Positions 38,890 to 47,934 of a stretch of 64,000 bases of DNA are shown in pieces (the stretch's first letter is position 1; every line of letters starts with the position of its first letter). Location: positions 12,012-76,011 of the forward strand of contig JADHVZ010000002.1 of the NCBI GenBank assembly GCA_016783745.1. Direction: 5' to 3'. The notes beneath the pieces were generated by a model that had not been told where the DNA came from, searched no databases, and was given only the letters and a program-made list of their open reading frames with translations. This DNA is from Candidatus Omnitrophota bacterium. Lineage in GTDB: Bacteria > Omnitrophota > Gorgyraeia > JAHIPI01. The translations under genes were made by a program, and so were the position numbers.

Positions 38890-39942
38890 CTAAAAATAAT
38901 CGCTAATAAAGTCGCCTACGCTTCTTGAGATCTTTTGCAGTATCCTGGGCCGGCCTTTTCTGCGGGTCAGGCCTTCAAGCCTTCGCTCTGCGCCGTACAG
39001 CGCAAGGCCGATCGATGTCAGATGGGAAGTGTTTTTAATGTCTCTGGCTCTTCCTTTTGCGTTACGCACATATGATGTCTCGGACGGAATACCAAATATC
39101 AAATTCACTTTTTCAACGAAATCCTCATGGATAAAACCTCCGCCTGTCAAATATATCTTAGAGACCGTTTTATCACGGCGGATCTTATCGAGTTTCGACT
39201 TTAGCTCCTCAAGCACGCCGTCCTGTATCACGCTTTTCTCCACAACAGCTGTACCCCTCAACAAGTTGTCGTAAAACAGGCATCCGGAGGTGTAGCTGTT
39301 ATCGATCTCCAATAATATTACGCCTTTTTTCTCAGTTTCCGCCGACAGCAGGCACTTCGAACTCGCGATCCCGGAAAAAACAATATCTTCCATGTCGATA
39401 CCCGCGAGGTTCATCGCCTTGACTATATTCTGCAGGAACGGGACATGTGCCATGACAAGCAAGGCCTCTATCTCCAGCTTTACGCCGTAAAGCCCTACTG
39501 GATTCTCGATATCACTCTGGCCGTCTACCACAAAATCCTGAGGTATCGAATGAATTATTTCTTTCTCAATATTGATCGGCATGGTATTGGCTACCTTAAG
39601 CGCGTCTTTTATGTTTTTGTCGGTGATCTCTTCTCCCCGCAGGTTAAGCTTTGCTATGCCGCGGCTTTTCTCGCTGAATATATTGCCTCCGGAGACTGAG
39701 ATAAAAGCCTTTTGTCCTTCAGATCCGGATTCCTCGCGAGCCATGCGGAGGGCCTTGCGAATGGCACGGCTCAAAACGTCTATGTCGAGGACTCCTTTGC
39801 CGCCCAGGAGTCTTCCTTCCGATTTTCCGAGCCCGGTTACAAGCAGGCCTTCCTCCTTACTTAGGGCCGAAATACATGCCGACACCCTGGAAGAATGAAC
39901 ACTTATGGCAGTAATAATATTGTCTTTTTTTATCTTTTCCAT
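38890..39942 (-). CDS. ftsA: Divergent, internally deleted FtsA (350 aa)
   Basis: Well-conserved 1C/SHS2 domain (IIHSIPQDFVVDGQSDIENPVGLYGVKLE), LTGGG, IGLALYG, C-terminal amphipathic helix; follows ftsQ. Confidence 0.88.
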   Translation of the reverse strand: MEKIKKDNIITAISVHSSRVSACISALSKEEGLLVTGLGKSEGRLLGGKGVLDIDVLSRAIRKALRMAREESGSEGQKAFISVSGGNIFSEKSRGIAKLNLRGEEITDKNIKDALKVANTMPINIEKEIIHSIPQDFVVDGQSDIENPVGLYGVKLEIEALLVMAHVPFLQNIVKAMNLAGIDMEDIVFSGIASSKCLLSAETEKKGVILLEIDNSYTSGCLFYDNLLRGTAVVEKSVIQDGVLEELKSKLDKIRRDKTVSKIYLTGGGFIHEDFVEKVNLIFGIPSETSYVRNAKGRARDIKNTSHLTSIGLALYGAERRLEGLTRRKGRPRILQKISRSVGDFISDYF

Positions 39943-40742
39943 TTCGGGCCGATCACCGGTTCTTTAAAGCGAAGGTCTATGTATCTTATGTCTTCGGGCC
40001 TGATCTTAGTGTCCTGCAGTATAGTCTTGAGATTGTTCAGCCTGGATGCGTATTCCTCATGCCCTATCTTGATCTCAAGCCCGTCCTCCAGAAAAAATAT
40101 TGTATTCCTGATGCTTGAGACATCGATTTCCACAAGCTTATGCTCACCAAGTATACCCGATGAATCCAGCTCTTTCAATAAATACAAGGCCTTTTTAACT
40201 CTTTTTGATTCAGCCTTCGACCCGACTTGCATGGAAACATCCATGCGGATACCACTGATTATGGGCAGGTTATTATCGGGTGATTCCTTTACTTTCGACA
40301 GCAAAACAGCATCAGAATCTACAGGGTAGTATAGGCCTTTATGTATCTGCGCTATAGGGTATCTTAGTATCACTTTCGCCATTACTGTGGCCGGAAACGC
40401 CCTGCTAAGCCTCAGATCAGATAACTCCGGATAATCTTGCAGCATGCGCCGCCGGATGCCGTTCAACCCTAACATAAATATATTTTTCCCGACTATCATT
40501 TCCTGAAGGTCGGTATAATTTACGGTAGAATCCGCTGTCTTCCCGGCCAATATAAGTTCCCGCACTACAAAATGAGAGCTTTTAAAATAAAACAGGTAAA
40601 AAGATGTGGCCGTCAGGGCAAGCGCGAACAAGATCGCAAGCGACACTATCAGCTTCTTGCGGGAGGCCGTACCGCCCGGCCCCCTGGCCTTATCACGTTT
40701 CTGCTTACCGCTTTTCGCTATCTTTGCTTTAAAGTATGGCAT
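39930..40742 (-). CDS. ftsQ: Cell division protein FtsQ/DivIB
   Basis: Basic N-terminus, TM, POTRA (GKNIFML..RAFPAT), YIDLRF. Confidence 0.88.
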   Translation of the reverse strand: MPYFKAKIAKSGKQKRDKARGPGGTASRKKLIVSLAILFALALTATSFYLFYFKSSHFVVRELILAGKTADSTVNYTDLQEMIVGKNIFMLGLNGIRRRMLQDYPELSDLRLSRAFPATVMAKVILRYPIAQIHKGLYYPVDSDAVLLSKVKESPDNNLPIISGIRMDVSMQVGSKAESKRVKKALYLLKELDSSGILGEHKLVEIDVSSIRNTIFFLEDGLEIKIGHEEYASRLNNLKTILQDTKIRPEDIRYIDLRFKEPVIGPKWKR

Positions 40743-40757
40743 TTTCTATATCTCCCC

Positions 40758-41690
40758 TTATTTTTTCTTCCCCTTGTTTTCCGTCGCAAGCCGCAACAGC
40801 TTCACGCACAGCTTACCAAAACTTATCCCCGCGGCTTCCGCGGCTTTCGGCATTAGGCTTCTTTCGGTAAGCCCCGGTATTGAGTTGACTTCAAGCACAT
40901 ATATCGCGCCGTCCGGGGAGAGCAGCATGTCAACTCTCGAAAAATCACTGCAGCCCAGAGACTGATGGGCGGCGAGTGCGAGCGCCTGCGCTTTTTCAGC
41001 CAGGCCTTCCGGCAATTCTGCCGGCACCCTGTATTCTGTTTTCTTATTCTTATATTTCGCGTCAAAATCATAGAAGACATTTTCCGGTATTATCTCGACT
41101 ACAGGCAGCGCGGTCTCTTCTAAAATCCCTACTGTTATTTCTCTCGCTTTTATAAATTTCTCGACTATGATGCTGGGTGAGAACATAAACGCATTTCTGC
41201 ACGCGTTATCAAATTCATCTTCATTCCGGGCCATCGACAGCCCGATACTTGAACCTTCATTTTGCGGCTTCACGACAACCGGCAGCGACAAAGAGCCCAG
41301 CGCCTCACGGGACGGTTTGTTAAGTATCTTGTAGTCAGGCACTGGTATATTGTTTTCTTCGAATATCTTTCGCGAGGCTATCTTATCCAGCGCAAGTCGT
41401 GAAGCATTGGCCCCGGAACCTGTATACGGTATGCCCATAGCCTCCAGGATCTTTTGCACGGTCCCGTCTTCGCCGAATCGTCCGTGAAGTGCTATAAAAG
41501 CTATATCCGGCCGGCGGCGCTTCAATTGATTTTCAGCATCTCTTCCGTCAAGTTCCACCAGCTCAGCATCAAGTCCTTCAAGCCTCAGCGCCTCATATAC
41601 AGCCCTGCCTGATCTTAATGAAATATCGCGCTCGTTCGACGGCCCGCCCGCGATAATAGCTACCTTTCCCATGCCTTCAGCATTAGACAA
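40758..41690 (-). CDS. ddl: D-alanine--D-alanine ligase
   Basis: GGPSNERDISLRSG, LHGRFGEDG, EGSSIG, LEVNSIPG. Confidence 0.97.
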   Translation of the reverse strand: MSNAEGMGKVAIIAGGPSNERDISLRSGRAVYEALRLEGLDAELVELDGRDAENQLKRRRPDIAFIALHGRFGEDGTVQKILEAMGIPYTGSGANASRLALDKIASRKIFEENNIPVPDYKILNKPSREALGSLSLPVVVKPQNEGSSIGLSMARNEDEFDNACRNAFMFSPSIIVEKFIKAREITVGILEETALPVVEIIPENVFYDFDAKYKNKKTEYRVPAELPEGLAEKAQALALAAHQSLGCSDFSRVDMLLSPDGAIYVLEVNSIPGLTERSLMPKAAEAAGISFGKLCVKLLRLATENKGKKK

Positions 41691-42606
41691 TTTTTATCTC
41701 CGTTGACAGCTCGACGCCGCTTTTATTCCTGACGCTCTTTTTCGCAAGATAGATAAGGCTCATAACATCGCTGGCGCTGGCCCTTCCCCTGTTCACTATG
41801 AAATTAGCGTGTTTTGGCGAGATCAAAGCGCCGCCCGAGGACTTGCCTTTAAGCCCGCATTCATCTATAAGGGCGCCGGCGGACCTATCGAGATCAACAG
41901 GATTTTTAAAAATGCAGCCGGCGCTCGCTATTCGAAGCTCCTGGGTCTGCTTCTTTTTTAACAAATAATTATCGCATTCTCTCCTGATATCGCTTTCGCC
42001 TTTCTTTATCAAATTAAATTTTACTTCAAGGATCATACTGTCTTTAAGGCTGACTGACTTGTTGCTGAACGAAAATTCGAGCTTATTTAATAGCTTGATC
42101 CCGCCGTCACGCTCCATTACCCTGATCTCTTCGACAAAATCTCCGATATTATGCCACTCAACGGTATTTTCATAATGCCTTGACGCGGCATTCGTCATAG
42201 TGGCTCCGCCGACTGATCCGGGGATACCCGAAAGAAACTCCAGTCCGCCCAACCCTCTGTCGCCGCAGAACCGCAAAAATTCATTAAGAGATACTGAGGA
42301 GGAAACGCATACCTTTTGGCCGCTCCAGAAGATATAATTCAAACTGGGAGAACTCATATTTATGACAACACCCTTTATGCCTTCGTCTCTGACCAGAATA
42401 TTTGTTCCGTTGCCCAGTGGAATAACCGGAATATTATTTTTTCTGGCAGTCAGAGCGCACTTCTTCAGATCGTCGATGTCTTGAGGTTCGAACCATATCT
42501 CGGCAGGCCCGCCTATCCGGAATGACGTGTGTCTATACATCGGCTCACCGTAACGCACCTTTCCTCTCACATTTGATCTTATGATCTTTTTTATGTCATT
42601 TGTCAT
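41683..42606 (-). CDS. murB: UDP-N-acetylmuramate dehydrogenase
   Basis: HTSFRIGGPA, GIPGSVGGA, SAGCIFKNP, KHANFIVN. Confidence 0.96.
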   Translation of the reverse strand: MTNDIKKIIRSNVRGKVRYGEPMYRHTSFRIGGPAEIWFEPQDIDDLKKCALTARKNNIPVIPLGNGTNILVRDEGIKGVVINMSSPSLNYIFWSGQKVCVSSSVSLNEFLRFCGDRGLGGLEFLSGIPGSVGGATMTNAASRHYENTVEWHNIGDFVEEIRVMERDGGIKLLNKLEFSFSNKSVSLKDSMILEVKFNLIKKGESDIRRECDNYLLKKKQTQELRIASAGCIFKNPVDLDRSAGALIDECGLKGKSSGGALISPKHANFIVNRGRASASDVMSLIYLAKKSVRNKSGVELSTEIKIV

Positions 42607-43958
42607 ATCTTAGACTTAAGCTCCTCCGCGACTTCGTTTATATCTCCGGCGCCGAGCACAAGAACCATATCACCGCTTCCGGCTATCTTTCTTATATGCG
42701 GGCTGATCTCTTCTTTTTTCATATACTCGACGTTCTTGATGCCGCTTCTCTTCATCTCCAGATAAAGATTCTTTGAGCTGATATCCGGAATAGCCTTTTC
42801 GCTTGCCGAATAAATATCAGCCAGAATAGTATGCCCGGCCGCCCGAAAACATCCTATATAATCCTTAAAAAGATCTTTTGTCCTGGTATACCTATGAGGC
42901 TGAAAAACCACTATTACATTTTTCTTCAAAGGCAGGCACGCCCTCAGAACTGCTTCGATCTCCGCTGGATGGTGAGCGTAATCCTCTATCACCATCATAC
43001 CGCCCTTTGTTTTTTTGATCTCGAACCTTCTCTTAGTGCCCTTGTACGCGGCCAACGCGGCCTTTATAACATGAAAATCTATTCCGGCGTCATGGGCCAC
43101 GGATATCGCGGCTAAGGCGTTTGTCACATTGTGCGATCCCGGCGTAGTGAATTTTATGTCTCCGGGCATGGCCTTCCCGTCGATAGAACATTTGAACATC
43201 ATATCAAGGCCTGATTGCCTTATTCCGGCGGCCTGTACTCTGGCGTTTTTAGCCGTTCCGAAGCCGGATTTATTTCCCGGATATTTTGCGCATGATCCCG
43301 CCAGCAGCGCATCATCGGTATTATAGTAAAGCATCCCGCCCTTTTTGATATTATCCGTGAATCTTTCGTAAATATCGACCGCGTTTTCTATTGACTTAAA
43401 ATAATCCAGATGCTCCCTGTCTATGTTCAGCAACACCGCTTTATCAGGGTAAAATTTGAGAAAAGAGCCGTCACTTTCGTCCGCTTCGAATATAAAATGA
43501 TCGCCGTCTCCGGATAGGATGTTAGAATGAAAATTCAGGACTTCACCGCCGATAGCCGCGGACGGCTTCAGTCCGGCGGCTTCAAAGATCAGCGCTATAA
43601 AAGCTGTGGTGGTGGTTTTGCCGTGCGCCCCGGTAACAGCAATACTCTTTTTGGGCTCTGCCAGCTTCGACAGCATATCAGCCCGGTGTATGACAGGTAT
43701 ACCCGTCTTGCGGGCTGATTCAAGCTCCGCGTTGTCGCCCGGTATGGAACTTGAATACACTACCAGATCACATCCTTCCAGATTTCCGCTGTCATGGCCT
43801 ATCCGGCAGCGTATACCTTCGGCCTTCATCTCCTTGATTATACTGTTTTCCTTCGTGTCGGAACCCGTCACTTCATATCCCCGGCGCTTCAATATCCTGG
43901 CGATACCGCTCATGCCTATTCCGCCGATTCCCACAAAGTGGATCTTATTATACGTCAT
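42603..43958 (-). CDS. murC: UDP-N-acetylmuramate--L-alanine ligase
   Basis: GIGGIGMSG, GAHGKTTT, EADESDGSF, DYAHHP, FQPHRYTRT. Confidence 0.97.
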   Translation of the reverse strand: MTYNKIHFVGIGGIGMSGIARILKRRGYEVTGSDTKENSIIKEMKAEGIRCRIGHDSGNLEGCDLVVYSSSIPGDNAELESARKTGIPVIHRADMLSKLAEPKKSIAVTGAHGKTTTTAFIALIFEAAGLKPSAAIGGEVLNFHSNILSGDGDHFIFEADESDGSFLKFYPDKAVLLNIDREHLDYFKSIENAVDIYERFTDNIKKGGMLYYNTDDALLAGSCAKYPGNKSGFGTAKNARVQAAGIRQSGLDMMFKCSIDGKAMPGDIKFTTPGSHNVTNALAAISVAHDAGIDFHVIKAALAAYKGTKRRFEIKKTKGGMMVIEDYAHHPAEIEAVLRACLPLKKNVIVVFQPHRYTRTKDLFKDYIGCFRAAGHTILADIYSASEKAIPDISSKNLYLEMKRSGIKNVEYMKKEEISPHIRKIAGSGDMVLVLGAGDINEVAEELKSKI

Positions 43959-45091
43959 AGTGATCTCGTCTTAAGTTTCATCAGCCTTCCTATCTCATTC
44001 GAAAGGGCCTTTGCCGCGTCAGTTTTAGCCAGCGAACCCATGGCTGCTTTCATGGAATCTCTGAGGCCGCCGTCTTTCATAAGTTCGGCTAGCTTTGAAA
44101 GCAGGGTTTCTTCTGATAGGTCCTTCTCATCTATGACGCAGGCGGCGCCTCTATCACCGAGAAAGGAGGCGTTCCGCGTTTGATGCCTTTCCGCGAAGGG
44201 ATACGGTATCAAGATACAAGGTATCCTGTGCGCGCACAATTCAAAGATCGCCGACGAACCTGCCCTGCTGATCGCGACGTCCGCGGCGCTGTAAACAACA
44301 CCCATACCCTTGAAAAAAGGATACACTACGTGCCGCATACCGGTCTTCCCGTATTCCGCTTTCACGTTCTCATAGTCACTCTCTCCGCAAATATGCACTA
44401 CCTGGATTTTATTCTTCGATCCGGCGTCCATATTCTTAAACATGTCAACGGTTATTATATTGATGCCGCTGGAACCCTGGCTGCCGCCCATCACAAGAAC
44501 CGTAAATCTATCGGTCTCAAGGCTCAAAAACTCCCTGCAAACACCTTTGTCCTGAACATTTACCGCTAATGCGCTTATGGGGTTGCCGGTGACAACTGTG
44601 TTTTTCGACGGTTTTCCGGTATCGTCCGGAAAAGATAGCGCCACCTTTGTAGCGAAGGCCCGCATCATCCTGTTGGCCCTGCCCATTGCGGCATTCTGCT
44701 CATGTATCAAAGTAGGTACGCCCAATAGCGAAGACGCCACAAACGGAGGCCCGGCCACGTATGCGCCGAATCCGACAAAAAAATCCGGCTTGCCGGAGAA
44801 TATTATCCGCATGGATTTCAGTGACCCTTTTATCAGCGAATAAGCAAAACTAAACAACTTTCCGGGCGAACGGATATTCAGGCCCTTGACCGGCAGTGTA
44901 TGGAAATCAAAGCGGCTCTCCCTTAAAAGAGACTTGCCAAGGGCATTATCGGTAGTTAAAAAAGATACCTCGACGCTGTCCCCGTAATCCTTTATTATCT
45001 CCTCTGCCAGCGCAAGCCCCGGAAAAATATGGCCGGCGCTCCCGCCGCAGGCTATGAATATCTTTTTTTTATCTCGCATTACCCCTTCCAA
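43955..45091 (-). CDS. murG: Lipid I GlcNAc transferase (start may be 45079)
   Basis: GGSAGHIFP, HEQN, TGNP, GGSQG, HQTRNA. Confidence 0.95.
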   Translation of the reverse strand: MEGVMRDKKKIFIACGGSAGHIFPGLALAEEIIKDYGDSVEVSFLTTDNALGKSLLRESRFDFHTLPVKGLNIRSPGKLFSFAYSLIKGSLKSMRIIFSGKPDFFVGFGAYVAGPPFVASSLLGVPTLIHEQNAAMGRANRMMRAFATKVALSFPDDTGKPSKNTVVTGNPISALAVNVQDKGVCREFLSLETDRFTVLVMGGSQGSSGINIITVDMFKNMDAGSKNKIQVVHICGESDYENVKAEYGKTGMRHVVYPFFKGMGVVYSAADVAISRAGSSAIFELCAHRIPCILIPYPFAERHQTRNASFLGDRGAACVIDEKDLSEETLLSKLAELMKDGGLRDSMKAAMGSLAKTDAAKALSNEIGRLMKLKTRSL

Positions 45092-46166
45092 GATTCAGTA
45101 ACATGCCTATCAGCATCATATGAGTCACAAGCGAAGTCCCTCCGTAACTGAGAAACGGTAACGGCAGGCCTTTTGTCGGCAGACTTCCGGTGGACACACC
45201 TATGTTTATTATCGCTTCAAGTCCTATTATAGACGTGATCCCGAATGCCAGCAAGCGTGAAAATTCAGAACCCTTTTTAAAAGTTATCCTCATCCCGTTC
45301 CATATCAAGACACCAAACAAAATAACGATCAATCCCGCGCCTACGAAACCCATCTCCTCCCCGATTATGGAAAATATAAAGTCCGTATGGGATTCCGGCA
45401 GATAAAAAAGTTTCTGCTTTGAATTGCCAAGTCCGACGCCAAAGATGCCTCCGGATCCCAGAGCGGTAAAGGACTGTATCATCTGAAATCCCGTGCCTTT
45501 TGGATCCTTCCACGGATCAACGAAGGCCATGATCCTGGCAAACCTGTATGGACTGCTTATGATCAATAGTCCGACCAGAGGCAAGCCGGCGATAAAGGTC
45601 ATAAAGAGATGTTTTATTTTAGCTCCGTACGCATACAGCAATATAATACCTACTACAGCCAGCTCGACCGAACTGCCCAGGTCAGGCTGTATGATGACCA
45701 GGCCGCTCAACGCCGAGATAACAAAGAGGGCAGGCAGATATACCCTTACAAGCGAATCACCCGCGAGCGATTTCCTGTCCAGGAAATCAGCAAGATATAT
45801 TAAGAGGGCCGGCTTAACGACCTCAACAGGCTGAAAATTCAAAAAACCGATTTTGAGCCATCTCCTGGCGCCGCTTACAGATAACCCGACTCCGGGGATC
45901 AGGACCAGGATGAGCATCACGAAGGCAAAGAACATCATTTTTTTCGAATGAGCCCTTAATATATTAAGATCGATAGTCATAAAAATAAATGCAGCGAATA
46001 GGCCTATCAATAGCGATATGATATGGCGCTTTAAAAAAAATAGATTATCGCCGAACCTATCATACGCGTAAACCGCGCTCGAGCTGTATATCATCACTAC
46101 GCCTATAGATACCAGCGTCGCCGTAACTGCGAATATAGATATCCTGGCCCCTCTCAAGCTTTGCAT
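45069..46166 (-). CDS. ftsW: SEDS protein FtsW
   Basis: GARRW, FQPVE, QPDLG, LPESHTDFIF, PTKGLPLPFLSYGG. Confidence 0.95.
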   Translation of the reverse strand: MQSLRGARISIFAVTATLVSIGVVMIYSSSAVYAYDRFGDNLFFLKRHIISLLIGLFAAFIFMTIDLNILRAHSKKMMFFAFVMLILVLIPGVGLSVSGARRWLKIGFLNFQPVEVVKPALLIYLADFLDRKSLAGDSLVRVYLPALFVISALSGLVIIQPDLGSSVELAVVGIILLYAYGAKIKHLFMTFIAGLPLVGLLIISSPYRFARIMAFVDPWKDPKGTGFQMIQSFTALGSGGIFGVGLGNSKQKLFYLPESHTDFIFSIIGEEMGFVGAGLIVILFGVLIWNGMRITFKKGSEFSRLLAFGITSIIGLEAIINIGVSTGSLPTKGLPLPFLSYGGTSLVTHMMLIGMLLNLGRGNAR

Positions 46167-46179
46167 ATATCACTCATTT

Positions 46180-47526
46180 TTAGGAAAGTGCCCTGCGGAA
46201 GACGGATGCCTTGAATTCATCCCCCCGCTCTTTATAATTTTTAAACATATCGAAGCTGGAGCACATGGGCGAGAGGATCACCGCGTCGCCACTTTGAGCG
46301 GCCTTTCCGGAAAATGTAACGGCTTCCTGCAGTGTACCGCATTCATGTATCCGCACATCTTGACCGTTTAACGCGCTCCTTATTTTGGATCTCGTTTCGC
46401 CTATTAAAACAGCATATTTTATTTTTTTTGCCAGCTCGATTATAGGGCTGTAATCGCTGCCCTTATCCCTTCCTCCGGCTATCAGAATGACACTCTGCTC
46501 GGGGAAATCCCTCAGCGCCTTCATTGTGCTGTCAACAGTAGTGCTCTTAGAATCGTTTATATATTTTACACCGTCTATTTCGTACACCAGTTCAAATCTA
46601 TGAGGAAGGGCCTTAAAGCTTCTTATAGCATCCAGCATATCTGCGTTGCGGATGTTCAGCTTTAAAACCAGAAAGGCCGCAAGGGCGTTTTGAATATTAT
46701 GAATTCCGCGCAGGCCGGTTTCGCTCCCGCCGCATACATCGACCGGGCCGCTTCCTGTATCAATGAATATTCTCTGGTTTGACAAATAGCTGCCTCTGAC
46801 CTTTTCTTTGACGCTGAAATAGAAGCATTCGGCTTTCACGCCATCCGCCATTCTTCTTACCGCGGGATCATCGTGATCGAGGATCGCGTAGTCTCCGGAT
46901 CCCTGATTCTCGAATATCCGCGACTTTGCTTCACGGTATTTCTTCATGTTTTTATATCTATCCAGATGGTCCTGCGTGACATTAAGTAAAACTGATATTT
47001 TGGGCCTGAATCTCTCTATCGTCTCGAGTTGGAATGAGCTTACTTCAAGAGACACTACAGAGCCGGGTGAGATATCCAGGACCTCTTCGCATATCGGCCT
47101 GCCGATGTTGCCTAAAAGATGCGATCGCATTCCGTTAACGCCAAGCATATGGTGGATCATGGACACAGTCGTGCTTTTGCCGTTTGTGCCCGTCACAGCC
47201 ACTATAGGTGAGCGGCAGAAACGATATCCTAATTCAAGCTCGCTGATCACAGGTATGCCGGCATCCCTGGCCCACTTTAGCGGCTCCGCGTCAAAGGCGA
47301 CTCCGGGACTCGTGACCACAAGGTCGCTTTTTTCGATAAAGCCTTTTGAATGCGCTCCCATTTCACTCTCGACTTCACCCAAGGCTTCAAGCTTGGCCCG
47401 GATGGCGTCATCGTCGCGGGATTCGCTGATGCGCGCGCTCGCGCCAACACGCTTTAACAGCTTCGCCGCGCTAAACCCACTCTCCGATAATCCAATAACT
47501 GTTACCCGCTTATTCGCTATATCCAT
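46180..47526 (-). CDS. murD: UDP-MurNAc-L-Ala--D-Glu ligase (start reassigned to ATG 47526)
   Basis: GTNGKSTT, EVSSFQL, DHLDRY, NDSKST, SFDMFKNYKERG; SD GGAGG before ATG 47526. Confidence 0.96.
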   Translation of the reverse strand: MDIANKRVTVIGLSESGFSAAKLLKRVGASARISESRDDDAIRAKLEALGEVESEMGAHSKGFIEKSDLVVTSPGVAFDAEPLKWARDAGIPVISELELGYRFCRSPIVAVTGTNGKSTTVSMIHHMLGVNGMRSHLLGNIGRPICEEVLDISPGSVVSLEVSSFQLETIERFRPKISVLLNVTQDHLDRYKNMKKYREAKSRIFENQGSGDYAILDHDDPAVRRMADGVKAECFYFSVKEKVRGSYLSNQRIFIDTGSGPVDVCGGSETGLRGIHNIQNALAAFLVLKLNIRNADMLDAIRSFKALPHRFELVYEIDGVKYINDSKSTTVDSTMKALRDFPEQSVILIAGGRDKGSDYSPIIELAKKIKYAVLIGETRSKIRSALNGQDVRIHECGTLQEAVTFSGKAAQSGDAVILSPMCSSFDMFKNYKERGDEFKASVFRRALS

Positions 47527-47539
47527 ATATCCTCCAGAG

Positions 47540-47610
47540 GGGGACGTGCCACTTGGGGACGTGTCATTAGGGGACGTGTCATTAGGGGACGGTCCAAAAG
47601 GGGACACACC
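47540..47610. repeat. 15-bp tandem repeat, GGGGACGTGTCATTA consensus, 5 units
   Basis: GGGGAC starts at 47540, 47555, 47570, 47585 and 47600. Confidence 0.9.
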
Positions 47611-47686
47611 ATACTAACTAAGCGATCTGCCCCCTCCTTACTCATCATCTTAAGGTTTTTCATTTTTATCATTATGGTATGTTGTA

Positions 47687-47928
47687 AAGCAATGTTGATC
47701 TTCTCTCGCTCCATAAAAATTTTTAACGCCTCTCACGGCGCAAAAAATCGGGGTCGGTCAACTCGCTCGACACTGCCGTGTCGGCTCGTACTTTCGCTTC
47801 GTTTTACGAATCGAAAGTACCGGAGCGTTGCGGGTGCGGCCGGACAATGTGACCGCCCTTTTAGAAACCGATTTTTTGCTTGTTCGAGGCTAAATTTTTG
47901 AGTCGCTCGAGAATGATCAACATTGCTT
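47687..47928. mobile_element. 242-bp non-coding palindromic (MITE-like) element between mraY and murD
   Basis: Perfect 14-bp terminal inverted repeat AAGCAATGTTGATC/GATCAACATTGCTT; nested stems GCAAAAAATCGG/CCGATTTTTTGC, GTACTTTCG/CGAAAGTAC and CGACAC/GTGTCG. Confidence 0.65.
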
Positions 47929-47934
47929 ATAGCC

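Noticed and set aside
47540-47610. Possible mini-CRISPR array (also considered for 63191-63274)
   Set aside because: Repeat and spacer sizes do not fit, units are too few, and there are no cas genes in the window.
47527-47901. MurD N-terminal SPNDT extension and ORFs 47517-47714 and 47674-47901
   Set aside because: They arise from the 15-bp repeat and the palindrome; a strong SD supports ATG 47526.
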